NCBI RefSeq assembly: GCF_000143415.4
Contig: NW_003314312.1
Span: 377,261 to 441,260, forward strand
Reading direction: 5' to 3'
From: Selaginella moellendorffii
Taxonomy: Eukaryota; Plantae; Lycopodiophyta
Length of the DNA: 64,000 bases
Shown: piece by piece, positions 62,601-64,000 of the stretch
Layout of the letters: every line of letters starts with the position of its first letter
How positions within the stretch are numbered: position 1 is the first letter of the stretch
Position numbers and translations under genes: made by a program
Notes under the pieces: generated by a model
What the model was told of the DNA's origin: nothing
The model's input: the letters and a program-made list of their open reading frames with translations, nothing else
Database searches by the model: none

Positions 62601-64000
62601 TGTGGGCCTTGATCTAGTGGCAGTATTGGCGAACACAGCTATGGACAGAAAGGGACTTGGTGGGGACCTGAAAAGAGATATTGGGGAAGGCTATTCCTCA
62701 TGTCTATGGGCATCCTAAGGATGCTAAGGAGTGGATCTGGGATGATCACTCATGGATGGATGGCCTAGTCTTTGAGAGACGAGACTGTGATGCAGGTGGT
62801 GTCGGACCACCAGTGTAACCAAGGTAAATGGGCATGGCCTTAGCGTAATAGGCTGAGAGGTCGATGGTACATTGGGATGTCAATCATGGGATCAGACACG
62901 TGGAGCACTTGGACCAAGTGCAAAGGTTGAGTGGCATAGATGCCATTCTCAGGGCTAGCAAACCCCAAGTCTTGAATGGGACTTATGGAGGTTGTGAATG
63001 AGACTCCTCCAAGTGGTCAGAGGTGTGGTTAAGTGACTAAAGTAGAATGGAAAAATTAATCGCTTACATTATTCCAATGGTTCCGTGTGTTGTTCCATGT
63101 ACCGTAGGTGAAAGTAAACTTTCCCTGGGTTTGCAATGAGTGGCAAATAGGCTGGTCCATAGCTATTTAGCACGGCACTAGTGGATCCTTCCTAGGCATG
63201 ATTATAAGTGTATCAATCAAGACTATAGGGATGAGTCTATTAATTCAAGTAGTCATTACCGTGCTCTCTCATAAACTTTTCGTGGATTAGACTGAAGGCA
63301 ATATGAATGCAAGCTTGAGGTTTACTCAAAGTAGAGACCGAAAAGAGAGTCATCGGGGACAAAGGATCAAACACGTAAATCATTTTCTCTCCTTGGAGAT
63401 ATGATTTGCAACGAAGTGTGACTCATTGCTCGTGTTCACATTATGCAATCAAAAGTCCCTATCTTGATGCATGTTGGTTATGATGGTCTTACAAATGGTG
63501 AGTTATGGGATAGATAGCGGTAAAGTGCTAAACCATCTTGTCTATGCTTGCTATTGAAGACTTGAGTTGCAATGCTCAATTCTTTTCTGGGGAACCTTGC
63601 TATTGCTCCTTGAATAGCTTGGTGTTTGATTAGTTTTGAGTTTGGTAAAAAAGAGAGTGGCATGAGCTTGTCCGTGTTGTGAACAAAAGTTAGTGGTGTT
63701 AGGTGTTGTAAATCTCTATTGATGGGGTGTAGCATTTATGTTGCATTTTGTTGAATCGAGTTGGCACTTGATAATCACATAAACCTTTAAAGTAATGACA
63801 TGGGTATTGCTTTTAGTGTTGCTCAATTGATGATCAAGTCATTATGATTTCTATATCATATCCATGTGATAGTGAGCAATGTGTTTACGAAGTTGCTTAG
63901 TTAAATGATGATCAACCCTAAAGTGGTTGATGGTGAAGCTAGTCTATTTGCACAAAGTAGCATTATAGTAGCTTTGACTAGATTCTCGAATGGTGATCCA
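59650..64000 (+). mobile_element. ORF-less LTR-element internal sequence; ~59950-60870 is repeated at ~63075-64000
   Basis: Follows the PBS; TAGCACGGCACTAGTGGATCCTTCCTAGGCATGATTATAAG and flanks occur twice. Confidence 0.65.
62074..63068 (+). mobile_element. 5'-truncated family-B LTR
   Basis: Similar to 33737-34727, ends ..CGCTTACA, no PBS after it. Confidence 0.85.

Overview
Eukaryotic plant nuclear DNA. Very short (~50-60 nt) introns, tight gene packing, PLS-type PPR genes and chloroplast-targeted genes suggest a compact lycophyte genome such as Selaginella (inference). About 1-30 kb is gene-rich: a Fic/AMPylase gene, PhzF-like, bZIP, PPRs, a MutS2-like gene flanked by unusual tRNA-Ala-derived genes, OEP24, a tonoplast sugar transporter, and a ~5.8-kb-offset duplication carrying PPR + MiAMP1. 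About 32-64 kb is a nest of Ty3/gypsy LTR elements. Inside one LTR sits an 11.7-kb DNA transposon (43035-54741) with ~26-bp TIRs and a 4-bp ACTA TSD. It carries a decayed Sola/DUF7869-like transposase and a divergent cargo gene with ParB-like, degenerate DNA-methyltransferase-like and FCP1/HAD-phosphatase-like segments. About 16 copies of a 22-bp palindrome (ATGGCRTG-N6-CAYGCCAT) lie in its introns and other non-coding parts. This element and the tRNA-Ala-like family with a non-canonical anticodon arm are the best candidates for undescribed systems. All domain calls are by-eye motif recognition, not database searches.
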